From assembly GCA_051453625.1 (NCBI GenBank), contig JBOZIK010000001.1, positions 21,040,355 to 21,076,058 of the forward strand: a DNA stretch of 35,704 nucleotides. Reading direction: 5' to 3'. This DNA comes from Welwitschia mirabilis (Eukaryota). Both the position numbers and the translations under genes were made by a program. The notes below the pieces were generated by a model that was not told the DNA's origin, did no database searches, and saw only the letters and a program-made list of their open reading frames with translations. Within the stretch, counting starts at the first letter, position 1; each line of letters starts with the position of its first letter. Below, piece after piece: positions 23,217 through 35,600 of this stretch.

Positions 23217-26200
23217 AGATATAACTTTGAACACATTGTTGTATTTTTGCCTTATCATCCCACCTATAGCAAAATTACTAGCATCACACCTTAACTCAAA
23301 ATCTTTCTTTCAATCAGGTCCTATTATGATAGGGGCATAAAAGAGTTTATGTTCAAGTTTATTGAAAGAAAACTAGCAAGATGTATTCCAATCAAATTTG
23401 GCTTCTTTTTCTAGTAATGTGTGTAGGCGTTTATATATTTTAGCATAATCCTATATGAAATGATGATAAAAACCACAATGTCCAAGAAAATATTGAAGTT
23501 ACTTAACATTAATTAGAGGAGCTAAGTATTGAATGATACTAACTTTTTCAAGATCCATCTTAATTCCTCTTTTGGAAATGTGGTGGCCTAAAATAGTTCC
23601 ACTTTCAATTAAGAATAAACACTTTTTCCAACTTAAGTGAAGATTACATTCTATGCATCTATTGAGAACTTTTTCTAGTCTCTCTAAGGTTTGATCAAAG
23701 ATTTCTCCAAAGATAGAAAAGTCATCCATAAACATGTTTGAAAAGATACCCATTATAGCATGTTAAAACGTTTTGGGAGTGTTACATAAACCAAAATAAT
23801 TTGTCTAAAAGAAAATGTACCAAATCGTAAAGTAAAAGTGGTTTTGACTTAATCTTTACTAGCTATGCAAACCTGGTTATAACCGCTATAAGAATTTTGC
23901 TAAATTATATTAAGTATTTAGCCAAGGAAGGGAAGAGGATAATGATCTTTTCTTATGACTTCATTTAATTTTCTAAAATTTATGCAAACTCTCCATTTCC
24001 CATCCTTTTTTAGTACTACAATCAAGGGACTAATCCACTCACTATCTGATATAGTGTAAATTATACTAGCATCCATTAACTTAATGATTTCATCTTTAAC
24101 AACTTATTTAACTGCTAGATTTAATCTTCTTTGTGGCTTCCTAATGAGTTTTTCATTTTTCTCAAGATAGATCTTATTCTAAATAATAGAATGAATCTTG
24201 ATGAAACTAATCAAAAGCATGAATTTTGGCAGTTAAGAGGGAGATTAATGTTAACTCTTATTCTAGGAAAATATTTTCANNNNNNNNNNNNNNNNNNNNN
24301 NNNNNNNNNNNNNNNNNNNNNNNNNNNNNNNNNNNNNNNNNNNNNNNNNNNNNNNNNNNNNNNNNNNNNNNNNNNNNNNTTAATGTTAACTCTTATTCTA
24401 GGGAAATATTTTCATTGATTATAAGAGGTTTATTTTAATCATCATAGAGAAAAATATATTTTAATCCATTAGGAAGATTTTTCAAATTAAAATTAAAATT
24501 TTTAGTATATAGTGGGTGATCTCCATCAAAGTATGAGTTTTTATTTAACAATTATACTTCCTTATAATCTAAGGATTCTACTTCTTCATTTTGATCTAAA
24601 ACGTCATGCTCAAAGTTGAATATATCAAAGATTTCTAAGTTCTTAACGTTAAGTGGATCATCATAAAGTGTGCATTCATGTAATGTCAGCCATCTTTCTT
24701 CAAGTGGACAATGTTGAAGAAATAAAGTTGGTTTGATTTTATCCTCTATGTTTCATTCATCACTTAGGTCTTTCTCAATGGCATAAAAGACTCTAATTAA
24801 AAACTTTTTATTTCATAGATAACACTCTATCATTTTAGTTCTTGTGTTAATAATATAGTGTGCTATTACACAGAAGGCTCATCCTAGAAGTAATGGATAT
24901 TCTCTGTTATGTTCAATATCTATAATGACCGCATCTATCAAGTAGCATGCCTTATTAATTTGGATTACTAAATATTTGATTATCCCTAAGGGTTTCTTAA
25001 CTAAAGTATCTAATAACTCTAAGAGAATCTTAGTATGCTCTATTTTATCTTCTAAACCAAGTCTCTTGTAAATGTTTAAGGCATGATATTGAAACTCGCT
25101 CCAAGATCAATTAAAGCTCTCTTGATCTTTTTTCTCCCTCTAATGTAACACTCGCTATTCTTGTTCCTAGATCTTTAAATTTTGGAGATTTTTGTAAAAC
25201 TAAGTTTGTAAGGGAATGTGATAAAAAGACTTTACTAGTAATGACTCATTTTTATTTTCTTCTTATTAAGTCTTTCCATAGCTTTGAGCACTTGTGATTT
25301 TATTGTAAAGTTTCTATAAGGAGAAGTTTATGCTCATATTTTTTATCAAGGCTTTAAGATGTTCATTGAAAATTGAATTATTATTAAGCCTATTAAGACA
25401 AGGAAAAGTTGGTTGATTTTCTAATTGTTGTAAAGAATTTTTATTTTTACTTTTATGAAGAAGAGGAAAGTTGTAAGCTAATATTTCAATGTCCTATTTT
25501 TCCTCATCATTTATAGTGTTATTTTGGGAAGTGGATGCTTCATAAGAAGGAGGGTTTATTGCTTAACCACTTTGTGTTACAACCTTATGATCTCTTCTTA
25601 TTTCATTAGGATTTGGTAAAGGTTATGTAGCTAATAATTCTTGTAATCTCTGGTTTGCCAACATTGTTTGTTGAAGGGTATTTACTAAGTTTTCAATATT
25701 GACATTTTGTTTTTCTAAGCTGACATTTGTTTTTTTAATGTTATAGTTTAATCTTTATTGTAATTTCATAAGGTTATCTAATGGAGCATTTGAATGTTGA
25801 AAGTTTGATGAACTTAGTTGGTAATTTAAATTTTCAAATTAGTTTTTGAAAGGTTGAAACTTGTTTTAAAAATTTTAGAACTTGTTGTCAAAGATTTGTG
25901 CATTCAACCTAGGTTGTGCCTAATTTTGACTTCTAAAGTTTAAAAATTTTTGATTAAAAGAATAAAATTATTTATGTATTTTCTCTTTATAAATTGGTAA
26001 AAGTGGATAATATTTGGTAAGGTGATAATTATTCTTGCATAAATCACATGACAGTGCAACATTCTTCTTAGTTGTTGATTTGGCATCTACGGTCATTTTA
26101 GTATATTTCTCTAGAGTTGTGAATTTTTTAATTAGATTTATAGGGTTGTCTTCATCTTCTATCTCCTTTCCTTATTATCCTCTTTTAAGTCTTTGATGAG

Positions 26201-27095
26201 TTGTCCTATAGTACAGCTTTTTTTTGATGTTGGCCAAGTTTGGCTTACTTTCATAAGTTCTTCTAATATTTTCCAGGCATTATTTAATGTAAGGTTTATA
26301 AGGTTTCCACCATAAAAGAAGTCTACAAGTTGTTTTGTATGATGATCTAGCTCACTATAAAAGTAGTTAACTAGTTTTATTTATCTGAAGGCATCTACTA
26401 GATTAGAGTGAATTGCTATAAAGAAGCATTCATATGTGGATGCATAATCCTCATTTAGTTATTGTTGAAAATTTATTACTTCCTTTTTCCTTTTTCTAAT
26501 GGCTTTTTCACCCATAAAACTTTTAACAAAGTTCCCTGAGCTTGATCCCAAGACTTTAAACTTTTGTGGGAAATATATTTTAACTCATTTTTTACTTTTT
26601 TCCTTAATGTCATAGGAAAAATAACCATATATATTCAATCACTAATTCTTTTCTTTCCATTCCCTGAGGTAAGAACTAACTGTTTAATATCTGAGATGTG
26701 TTGGAGAAGGTTCTCATTAGATTCACCATTAAAGATTGGATAAGCATGTAGATTCTCTAATTCAACATCATCTCCTAGTCATAAATTGAAAGAAGTTTGA
26801 ATTTTTTATTTCCTATTTGCTAATAATTCCCTAAGAGTAAGGTTTACATTAGGACTAGGGGTTGAAGACCTTACAACTTACTTTTGCTTTTGGGTAGTGC
26901 TCGACATTGTAAAATTATTATCTTCTATAAAAATTTCTTAAACAAAATTAGATTCGAAAAAATAAATTTAGAAGAAATATTGTATGCACCTGGAGATTAT
27001 TTTTCCAATTTAATTTCAAAGTTAACCAATCTTCCTCAGATGTTCTCTTCTATTAACAACATTTCTCTCTGATACTTCTTTCTTAGATTAATCAT
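23217..27095 (-). pseudogene. E4' gag-protease-RT-RH pseudogene (RT copy 3)
   Basis: Start MINLRKKYQREMLLIEENI at 27095; protease ALIDLGASFNIMP at about 25080-25118; RT FMDD at about 23721-23732; ends in RH at FKVIS. Confidence 0.9.
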
Positions 27096-27561
27096 GTCAC
27101 AACATCCTATTAAAAAAATAACAGAAAACCAAATAGAAAACAATAAATAGTCATCCTGTTTATCATGGAAATGACAATGCGAATGATAAACACAGAGAAT
27201 AGAAAATAGAAACTTAATAGAGCTAAAACCAAAAATCAAAGGTTTCTCATTCCTCTAGTTATGTGGATGATAAAGGAAATAATAGGCACTAATTATTGTT
27301 ATGTTAATAGAAAACTATAATCTAAAAATACAAAATAAAACATAGACTGTTGTCCTATCTATCATTGGGATGACAAAGGGGATGATAGTTATTTTACTAC
27401 TGAAACTGAAACTAAAAAAACTGCAAACAAAAAACCTACATTTCCTAGTCAACATACAATGTCACTACAGATAAATAACCAAATAGAAATTTAATTTATT
27501 CACTTAAATGATGATAATCCTTATGCTTCTCTATAATATTCCCTAACAATGGGCAAAATGT

Positions 27562-28598
27562 TGTGATGCATATTTTTTCATACATACTCTAGTATGAATG
27601 GGAGTGACCCAAATGTCGTAACCTATTGAGACTTACAAGAGAAGAATAAGGATTGATTTTCAACAAAACAAGGTAACCAAAATTAAAAAAGAATGTAGAA
27701 AATAAAGATTTCATGCAAATGCAAATGCAACTAAATATAAATGCAATGCAAAATAAATCTAAACTACTTTCTTTTAGTCTTAACAAAGGCCACCCTTAAG
27801 ACCTATATCAAAAATGAAATTGTCATCAAATCAATGGTAATATAAACCATAAGGAACATATGATAAACTAATATGCACACATGAAAATTAGAGTTTTGTA
27901 TTGGAAAGAACCAGTGTCTGGGTTATAAAATAGCTAATCCTTAATGGAGGATGCACAACCCTTCGTAAGGAAATGTTTTTCTACAACTTGTAAGATAGAT
28001 CTCCAACCCTTTAATCTTCTACCACACGAACGTTTAATGTCAATGAATACTGAGAGGAGAGTAAAAGAAGGGCTTTATTTCTAGGTTTACAAAAAAAAAG
28101 CAACACATAAAGGCACTATAAAATGCACCTATTATAGGAAAGAAACTGTGTTGGCAGTAATGATATTATTCTGGCTGTCATGAAGATGACCATGGGGATG
28201 ATGGATCAAACATTACAATTGTCATCTTGCATGTCATGGGGAGGAACATGAGGATGACAGCCTTTTAGAAAACATGAATTAGCATTTCTAGCTCAGCATC
28301 CACATTAGCATCCAATGTGGCTTGTGTAGTGTCATTGTCCTATCTGTCATGAGGACGACAGAGGAGATGATAGTATTCTTTGTCCATCTAAGTAAGGAAA
28401 AGCTAGTCTTTCTTATCAATGATCTTCCTCCAAAGCCATGTGTATTAGAATGTGCCTTAAATATTCCTAATCATGCTAAGAATTGCACATTTCTAAGATC
28501 TTCCTTCAATCTCCTTAGAATTACATCCATACATGTGTAAATGTCCTATAAAATAGCTAATAACACCCATTAAATACATAGAATTTGATAGTGCATCA
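27562..28598 (-). repeat. 5' LTR of E4' (type B), with a decayed PBS at about 27539-27556
   Basis: Plus strand TGTGATGC...GTGCATCA. On the minus strand the LTR is followed by ACATTTTGCCCATTGTTAGGGAA. Confidence 0.9.
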
Positions 28599-28619
28599 GT
28601 CACTAAGAAAGGTAATTAT
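28599..28619 (+). repeat. 21-bp duplicated host flank (E3 RNase H sequence), inverted copy of 16726-16746
   Basis: GTCACTAAGAAAGGTAATTAT is the exact reverse complement of ATAATTACCTTTCTTAGTGAC (21/21). Confidence 0.9.
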
Positions 28620-29697
28620 TGTTGCACTGTGTATTTGTGCAAGTTTTTATGTTTAAAAAGATCTTGTCATTAATAATCAAAATAGATATTTTTCATAATA
28701 CATCATACTAGTATAATGGGAGTTAACCTAAAATGTTGTATCCATGTTGAAGTCTATGAGTATGAGACTCAGGTTACTTTTGTAAATGAATCTAGGAACC
28801 AAAATTAAAGAATAATGCAAGAGAATAAAGATATAATGCAAGATGCAAGATCCAATCTAAACTAACATGCAATGCAAAAATAACCCTAGGTTTACTTTCT
28901 TTTAGCCTTAACAAAGGCTGCCCTTGATGATCTATATCATCCAAGAAATTGCCACTCGATCAAAGGTAATCATAAACTATAAAAATAATCAGAAAACCTA
29001 AGATGCAAACATAAAAATAAAACCAAGATTTATATTAAAAGAGTAATAACATCTGGGTTATAAAATAGTCAAGTGTTAATGGAGGATACATAGCCCTCTA
29101 CCAAGTGCACGTCTTTCTGTAACACATGTAGATAGATCTCTTATCCTTCAATCTCTTATCATGAGAATGTCTAGTGCAACCAAGATAAAAAGAAAAGTTG
29201 AGGGTAAACTTATTTATAAGAAAATATAGTAGAAAATGATAAATGATAGGTAAGTAAATGCGTGCTCATTTACAACCTAGAAATGGATGAAATAGTTAAG
29301 GGAATCTTTCAAATTCAGTTACATAATAGTGTCGTCTAGGCTATCATCCAGACAATAGTGGGAATGATAGTATATTATAGAATATTCTCAAAATGATGAC
29401 TTAGTAGTCCACACTAGCAGTCATCATCCTACTTGTTATGAGGAAAAAGAAGAGGATAATAGTTTTCTTTGATTATTTTCTTGAGGAGCACTTATCATTT
29501 TTGTCAATGAATTCTTCTTTAAAGCTCTGTGCATTAAAAATTTCCTTTAATATATTAAATTTGGAGAAGAATTACACATTTTCCAAGATTTCCTCTTGTA
29601 TCTCTAAAATCCTTAGAATTTCATCTAAACCTGTATAAAAGTCCTACAAAACAATTCATAAAACCCTATCAAATAATGACAAATTGGTAATACAACA
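28620..29697 (-). repeat. 3' LTR of E5 (type A)
   Basis: TGTTGCACTG...TACAACA; colinear with 5808-6868. Confidence 0.9.
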
Positions 29698-31767
29698 TAG
29701 TATCCCACTTAGCCTTTATGAATCCCTGATAAAAATTGGGTAGAAAAACCATAATTACGAGCCAATCTATTTTTCAAAAGATAAATCTGGAGGTTATAAA
29801 ATAGGCTCATATGGATAAATAACAAGTAATGCATAACGTATATGTAAATTTTGAAAATTTTATTTCATAAAAGATTTGAATTAAGTTAAAATTTTTTGAA
29901 AATGAGCCATGAAAATGGATCTCTACCTCCCTTCCCCTAAAGAAAAAGAAATATGTCCCGTATTGAAAAATAAAGCAAAGAAAGTAGACGAGAGTAAGAA
30001 GGAAAGTAAAAAAGGACAACTTTTTAAAATAAAGTGCAAAGCTAAGTAATGTTAGATTTGAAAAATATAGAGATATGAAATATTCTGATAGGTAAAGAAA
30101 AGAGTGGACAAAAAATGTTCTATCATAAAAAGAACATGAGTAGTGCTTGCAACACCAAAAATCTAAAAAGAACACTTATCTAAGCATGAAATTATCTTTT
30201 ATTAAAAACTTGAATAAGGAAAACATGCTAAGAAAATACAGTAATGACTTTAAAATAACTAATCAAACCATAAAAGAAAATAAGAAGAATGGTCATAAGA
30301 TAATATAAATAAAAGATAGCTTACCAATCTAATATTTTAACCTAGCAGACTCCCATGAAAGAAATCATAACATCACTTGATGTGGAAAATGCATGCCTTA
30401 ATATACAAAAATTCCATTTGATAAGGTAGTGATTATGATGATGCTAGAGTAAAATGCTTTAAACAATAAATGATCACATCCAAGAATTACTCAAAAATAA
30501 ACTCTTATGGTATCATCTCAAAACAAACACCCAAATCTTAAGAAATGAAATGATCATGTGAAAAGACTAAGAGTCGAGGAAACAAGCAATGCCTCTGATA
30601 ACACCAAAAACACCACTGATCCCATAGCCTGAAAGTTTAAATACAACTTTATTATCTACAATGAGGGTAGTGCAACCACAGTTAGAGAAGTAAGGAACCA
30701 TAAAGCATGACCAACTGACCTCTTAGTGGAGTTTCCACAACTACCATATTACACTACGAAAGGCTCCTTTCGGAAATATTTGCCCTAGTGTATTTGCGAT
30801 AGGACATCATGGTGACCATATTTTCTAGATAGCACAAATAGAAAACATCATGTTCTTTATTTCATTCTCCTCCTCCTCCTTCTTATTTTTTTTTTAATAA
30901 AATAAAATAACATTTCACATGACCAAATACTCCAAAAGACAAAGGTAAAAGTCATAAAATTAAGACACAAAGAAATAATTTTAAACAATCAAAGATCTTT
31001 TCACCATTGAAAAAAACATCAAAAATAAAGCATCGTTCTTTAAATTGAAGTACATGGATGTGTGAATGTCTTAAGATACCACTGAAATAACCAAGCTAAA
31101 AGACTAATTATAAAAATAAATACATAAGTCAGGCTTGAAAAATGCTTAAGTAATGCTACAATAATCTTCTAAAGGAAAAAAAAGAGAAAATTCAAAAAAT
31201 TTGCTCATGTAATTCCAAATTTTACTCATCGAATTCTTGAAATTCTCAAGCAGTCAAGTCAGTAATCTCAATGAAGTCATAAAATGTATTTTCTCAAATA
31301 ATAAAAAATAGAAATCAATATTGCATTAACTGTCATTCTGATCATTGTCTAGATGACAGAGAGGATGACATAGGTAGGAAAATAAAAAATTATTAGAAAA
31401 CATAGAAAAATATCAAAAAGCTAGAAAAATTAATAAGACTAATTATCATCCACCTTATCGTGAGGATGACATAGAAGATGATAGATTATTATGATAGAAA
31501 AGAAAATTGAAAATTCAGATTATAAATAGAAACAAAAGTAAAAAATAGAGACTATCAAAATAAAAAACTGAAAATCAAGATTAAAAGTATTAAGAAAGCT
31601 AAAAAAAAAGATTGAGACAAGCAAACTATATTTAAATCCTAAAAATCTAACTCACACTTTTTATTAAAAAGAAAGAAACAAAGCAAAAGAAAGATGGTCT
31701 CAAGATATTTGTATTCTTTCAAAAAAATAAGGTCCAAACCAATTATTTACCAGTTAATAAAACATAA
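28620..31767 (-). mobile_element. E5: 3' LTR and 3' internal region of the pol-deleted subfamily
   Basis: Type A LTR 28620-29697 and PPT at about 29698-29720. The 3' UTR is colinear with 1-1920, with an integrase vestige at about 31203-31297. Confidence 0.85.
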
Positions 31768-31867
31768 NNNNNNNNNNNNNNNNNNNNNNNNNNNNNNNNN
31801 NNNNNNNNNNNNNNNNNNNNNNNNNNNNNNNNNNNNNNNNNNNNNNNNNNNNNNNNNNNNNNNNNNN

Positions 31868-32672
31868 TCTACGTGCTTTTAGCCTTAACCAAGGTTTCCC
31901 TTGATAATATATGTTATCCAAGAAATTATCACTAGATCAAGGGCAATCATAAATCATAAGGGTAATCAAAAAAAACCTAAGATGCAAACATGAAAAGAAA
32001 ATTGAGTTTTTATATTAAAAAAGTAACAACATCTAGGTTACAAAATAGCCGGCTCTCAATAGAGAATACATAGCCCTTCACCAAGTGAACGTCTTTCTAC
32101 AACACATGCAAATGGATCTCTCGCCCTTCGATCTCCTATCACAAGAATGTCTGGTGCAATGAAGATGAGAAGGAGAGTTGAGGGGAGTCTTATTTATAAG
32201 AAATACAGTAGAAAAAGATAAATGGTAGGTGCAATTAGGTGCACTCATAAATGAATCAGAAACAGACAAGATGGTCAAGGGAATCTGTCAGAGTCGGTTA
32301 CATATTAGTGTCATATGGGATGTCATCCAGACGATAGTGGGAATGATAGTACATTATAAAATATCTTCAAAATAATAACTTAGCAGTTCACATCAGCAGT
32401 GATTGTCTTGCCTACCGTGAGGACAATGGAGGGGACGATGGTCTTCTTTGATTCTTTTATTGAGGAGGAACTTAGCATTTTTATCATGAATCCTTCTTAA
32501 AAGATTTGTTCATCAGAAAGTGACTTTAATGCATTAAGTTTGGATAAGAATTACACTTTTTGAGATTTCCTCTTGTATCTCCAATATCCTCAAAATTGCA
32601 CCTAAACCTGTATAAAAGTCCTGCAAAATAACTGATAAAATCCATCAAATACCATAAATTAGTAGTGCAACA
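31868..32672 (-). repeat. 3' LTR of E6 (type A, partial)
   Basis: Colinear with about 28890-29697 and 6073-6868. Confidence 0.85.
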
Positions 32673-35600
32673 TAGACCCCACTTAGCCTTTATCAGTCCC
32701 TGATAAAAACCAAGGTGGAAAAGCCATAATTACAAGCCAATTTATTTTTTAAAAGATAAATTTGGAAGTTACAGAACAGGCTCATAAAATACATCATACA
32801 GATAAATGACAAGTAATACACAATGTGTATAAAAATTTTGAAAATTTTATGTTATGAAAGATCTTATTTAAGTTAAAATTTCTTTTGAAAATAAGCCATG
32901 AAAATGGGTTTGCGTCCCCTATAAAGAAAAGAAATACATCCTGTATTGGAAAGTAAAGAAAAGAAAGTAAACAAGAGTGANNNNNNNNNNNNNNNNNNNN
33001 NNNNNNNNNNNNNNNNNNNNNNNNNNNNNNNNNNNNNNNNNNNNNNNNNNNNNNNNNNNNNNNNNNNNNNNNNNNNNNNNNNNNNNNNNNNNNNNNNNNN
33101 NNNNNNNNNNNNNNNNNNNNNNNNNNNNNNNNNNNNNNNNNNNNNNNNNNNNNNNNNNNNNNNNNNNNNNNNNNNNNNNNNNNNNNNNNNNNNNNNNNNN
33201 NNNNNNNNNNNNNNNNNNNNNNNNNNNNNNNNNNNNNNNNNNNNNNNNNNNNNNNNNNNNNNNNNNNNNNNNNNNNNNNNNNNNNNNNNNNNNNNNNNNN
33301 NNNNNNNNNNNNNNNNNNNNNNNNNNNNNNNNNNNNNNNNNNNNNNNNNNNNNNNNNNNNNNNNNNNNNNNNNNNNNNNNNNNNNNNNNNNNNNNNNNNN
33401 NNNNNNNNNNNNNNNNNNNNNNNNNNNNNNNNNNNNNNNNNNNNNNNNNNNNNNNNNNNNNNNNNNNNNNNNNNNNNNNNNNNNNNNNNNNNNNNNNNNN
33501 NNNNNNNNNNNNNNNNNNNNNNNNNNNNNNNNNNNNNNNNNNNNNNNNNNNNNNNNNNNNNNNNNNNNNNNNNNNNNNNNNNNNNNNNNNNNNNNNNNNN
33601 NNNNNNNNNNNNNNNNNNNNNNNNNNNNNNNNNNNNNNNNNNNNNNNNNNNNNNNNNNNNNNNNNNNNNNNNNNNNNNNNNNNNNNNNNNNNNNNNNNNN
33701 NNNACTTACTAAGAAAATATGTTAATGACTTTGAAATAACTAACCAAACCACAAAAAAAAAAAAAAAACAAGAATAATGGGCATAAGATAATATAAATAA
33801 AAGATAGCTCACTGATTTGATATTATAACCTAGCAGACTCCCATGAAAGTAATCATAACATCACTTAATGTCAGAAATGCATGATTTAATATAAAAATTC
33901 CATTCAATAAGGCAGTGATTATGATAATACTAGAGTAAAATTCTTTAAACAATGAATGATCAAACTAAAAATTTGCATAAAAATGAACTCTTCTACCATC
34001 ATTTCAAAATAAACACCCAAATCTCAAGAAATGAAATGATCATGTGGAAAGACTAAGAGTCTAGAAAATAAGTAATGCTTCTGAGGATATCAGGAACACT
34101 ACTAATTCCATAGCCTCAAAGTTTAAATACAACTTTATTATCCATGATGAGGGGAGTGCAATCACTATCAAAGAAGTAGGGACCCATGAAGCATGACCAA
34201 CTAATCTTCCAGTGGAGTTCTAATAGCTATCGTATTACATTACCAAAGGCTCCTCTCGGAAATATTTTTTTTGATGTATTTGTGGTAGGATATTATGGTG
34301 ACCATTTTTTTGAGATATCATAAATATAAAACATCATGATCTTTATTTTACTACTTTTTCTTTTGAAAAAAAACAAAACAACATTTTACTTGACCAAACA
34401 CTCCAAAAGACAAAGGTAAAATTTGTAAGATTAAGATAGAAAAGAACACTCTTAAATAATCAAAGATGTTTTTACCATTAAGAAAAACATAAAAATAAAG
34501 CATCTTCATTTAAATTGAAGTTTATGGACTTGTGAATATCCTAAGATTGGTTGAATCCAATCTTACCACGGAAATGAAAAGCTAAAAGACTAGTTATGGA
34601 AATAGATACATTAGCCAAGTTTGAAAAATGATCAAGTAATGCCATAATAATCTTTTAAAGAAAAGATCTAAGAAAAAATTTAGACAGTTTACTCATGAAA
34701 TTTTAATATTTATTCATTTACTTTCTATAATTCTCAAGCAGTCAAGTTAGAAATCTCAACAGAGTCATAAAAATGTATTTTTTAAAATAATAGAAAACAA
34801 AAATTAATATTTTATTGACTATTGTCTTGATAGTCATCCAGAGAATAGAGAGGATGAAAAAGACAAACAAACAAAAAAACTTTAGAAAAGATAGAATTTT
34901 ATTAGAAAACTAAAAAACTCATGAAAATTGACTAGTGTCCATCTTATTGTAGGGACGACATGTGATATGAAAGATTATTATTGTAGAACAAAAACTTAGA
35001 AAATATAGATTAGAAANNNNNNNNNNNNNNNNNNNNNNNNNNNNNNNNNNNNNNNNNNNNNNNNNNNNNNNNNNNNNNNNNNNNNNNNNNNNNNNNNNNN
35101 NNNNNNNNNNNNNNNNAATAAAAAACTCATGAAAATTGACTAGTGTCCACCTTATTGTGGGGACGACATGTGAGATGACAGATTATTATTGTAGAACAAA
35201 AACTTAGAAAATATAGATTAGAAATTAAAAATAGAAAATAGAGACTATGAAAAAAGAAAACTAAAAATCAAAATAAAAAAGATCAAGAAATCCAAAATAA
35301 AAGATTAAGGTAAGAAAATCTAACTCACACTTTTATTGAAAAAGAAAGAAAGAACGTAAAAGAAACATGGTTTCAAGATTTTCATAAAAATGAGGTCCAA
35401 ACTAGATATTCATCAATTGATAAAACATGAAAGGTATGCAATCATTTTTTAGTAAAATCAATTAGAAGAAAGAAGAATAAAAAGATACTTCCTTGGTAGC
35501 ACAATTTTCAGAATTTAAATAAGAGATGAAATAATGATAAGTGTCTTTGAAATATGATCTCTTATGAGAATTTTCAGTGTCTTTGGCATCATTGTGAAAG

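Larger units (their letters stand above)
23217..28598 (-). mobile_element. E4': inverted copy of E4 (right arm)
   Basis: The reverse complement is colinear with E4 from the LTR to RNase H. ORF 23499-23753 is RT (MFMDDFSIFGE...LGHHISKRGI). Confidence 0.9.

Noticed and set aside
16726-28619. DNA transposon (Mutator/foldback) with long terminal inverted repeats, or a DIRS-like inverted-LTR element
   Set aside because: The arms consist entirely of gypsy LTR-gag-pol plus host flank. There is no TSD around the unit and no transposase or tyrosine recombinase.
29807-30175. 122-aa hydrophobic minus-strand ORF as an env-like or membrane protein
   Set aside because: It is an F/L-rich translation of T-rich 3' UTR, and the ORF track shows no equivalent ORF at the homologous positions in E1 or E3.
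28620-32672. Complete small LARD/TRIM-like element bounded by two type A LTRs
   Set aside because: The right LTR is followed by a PPT and 3' UTR, making it a 3' LTR. No PBS or matching TSD is visible and the junction lies in a gap.
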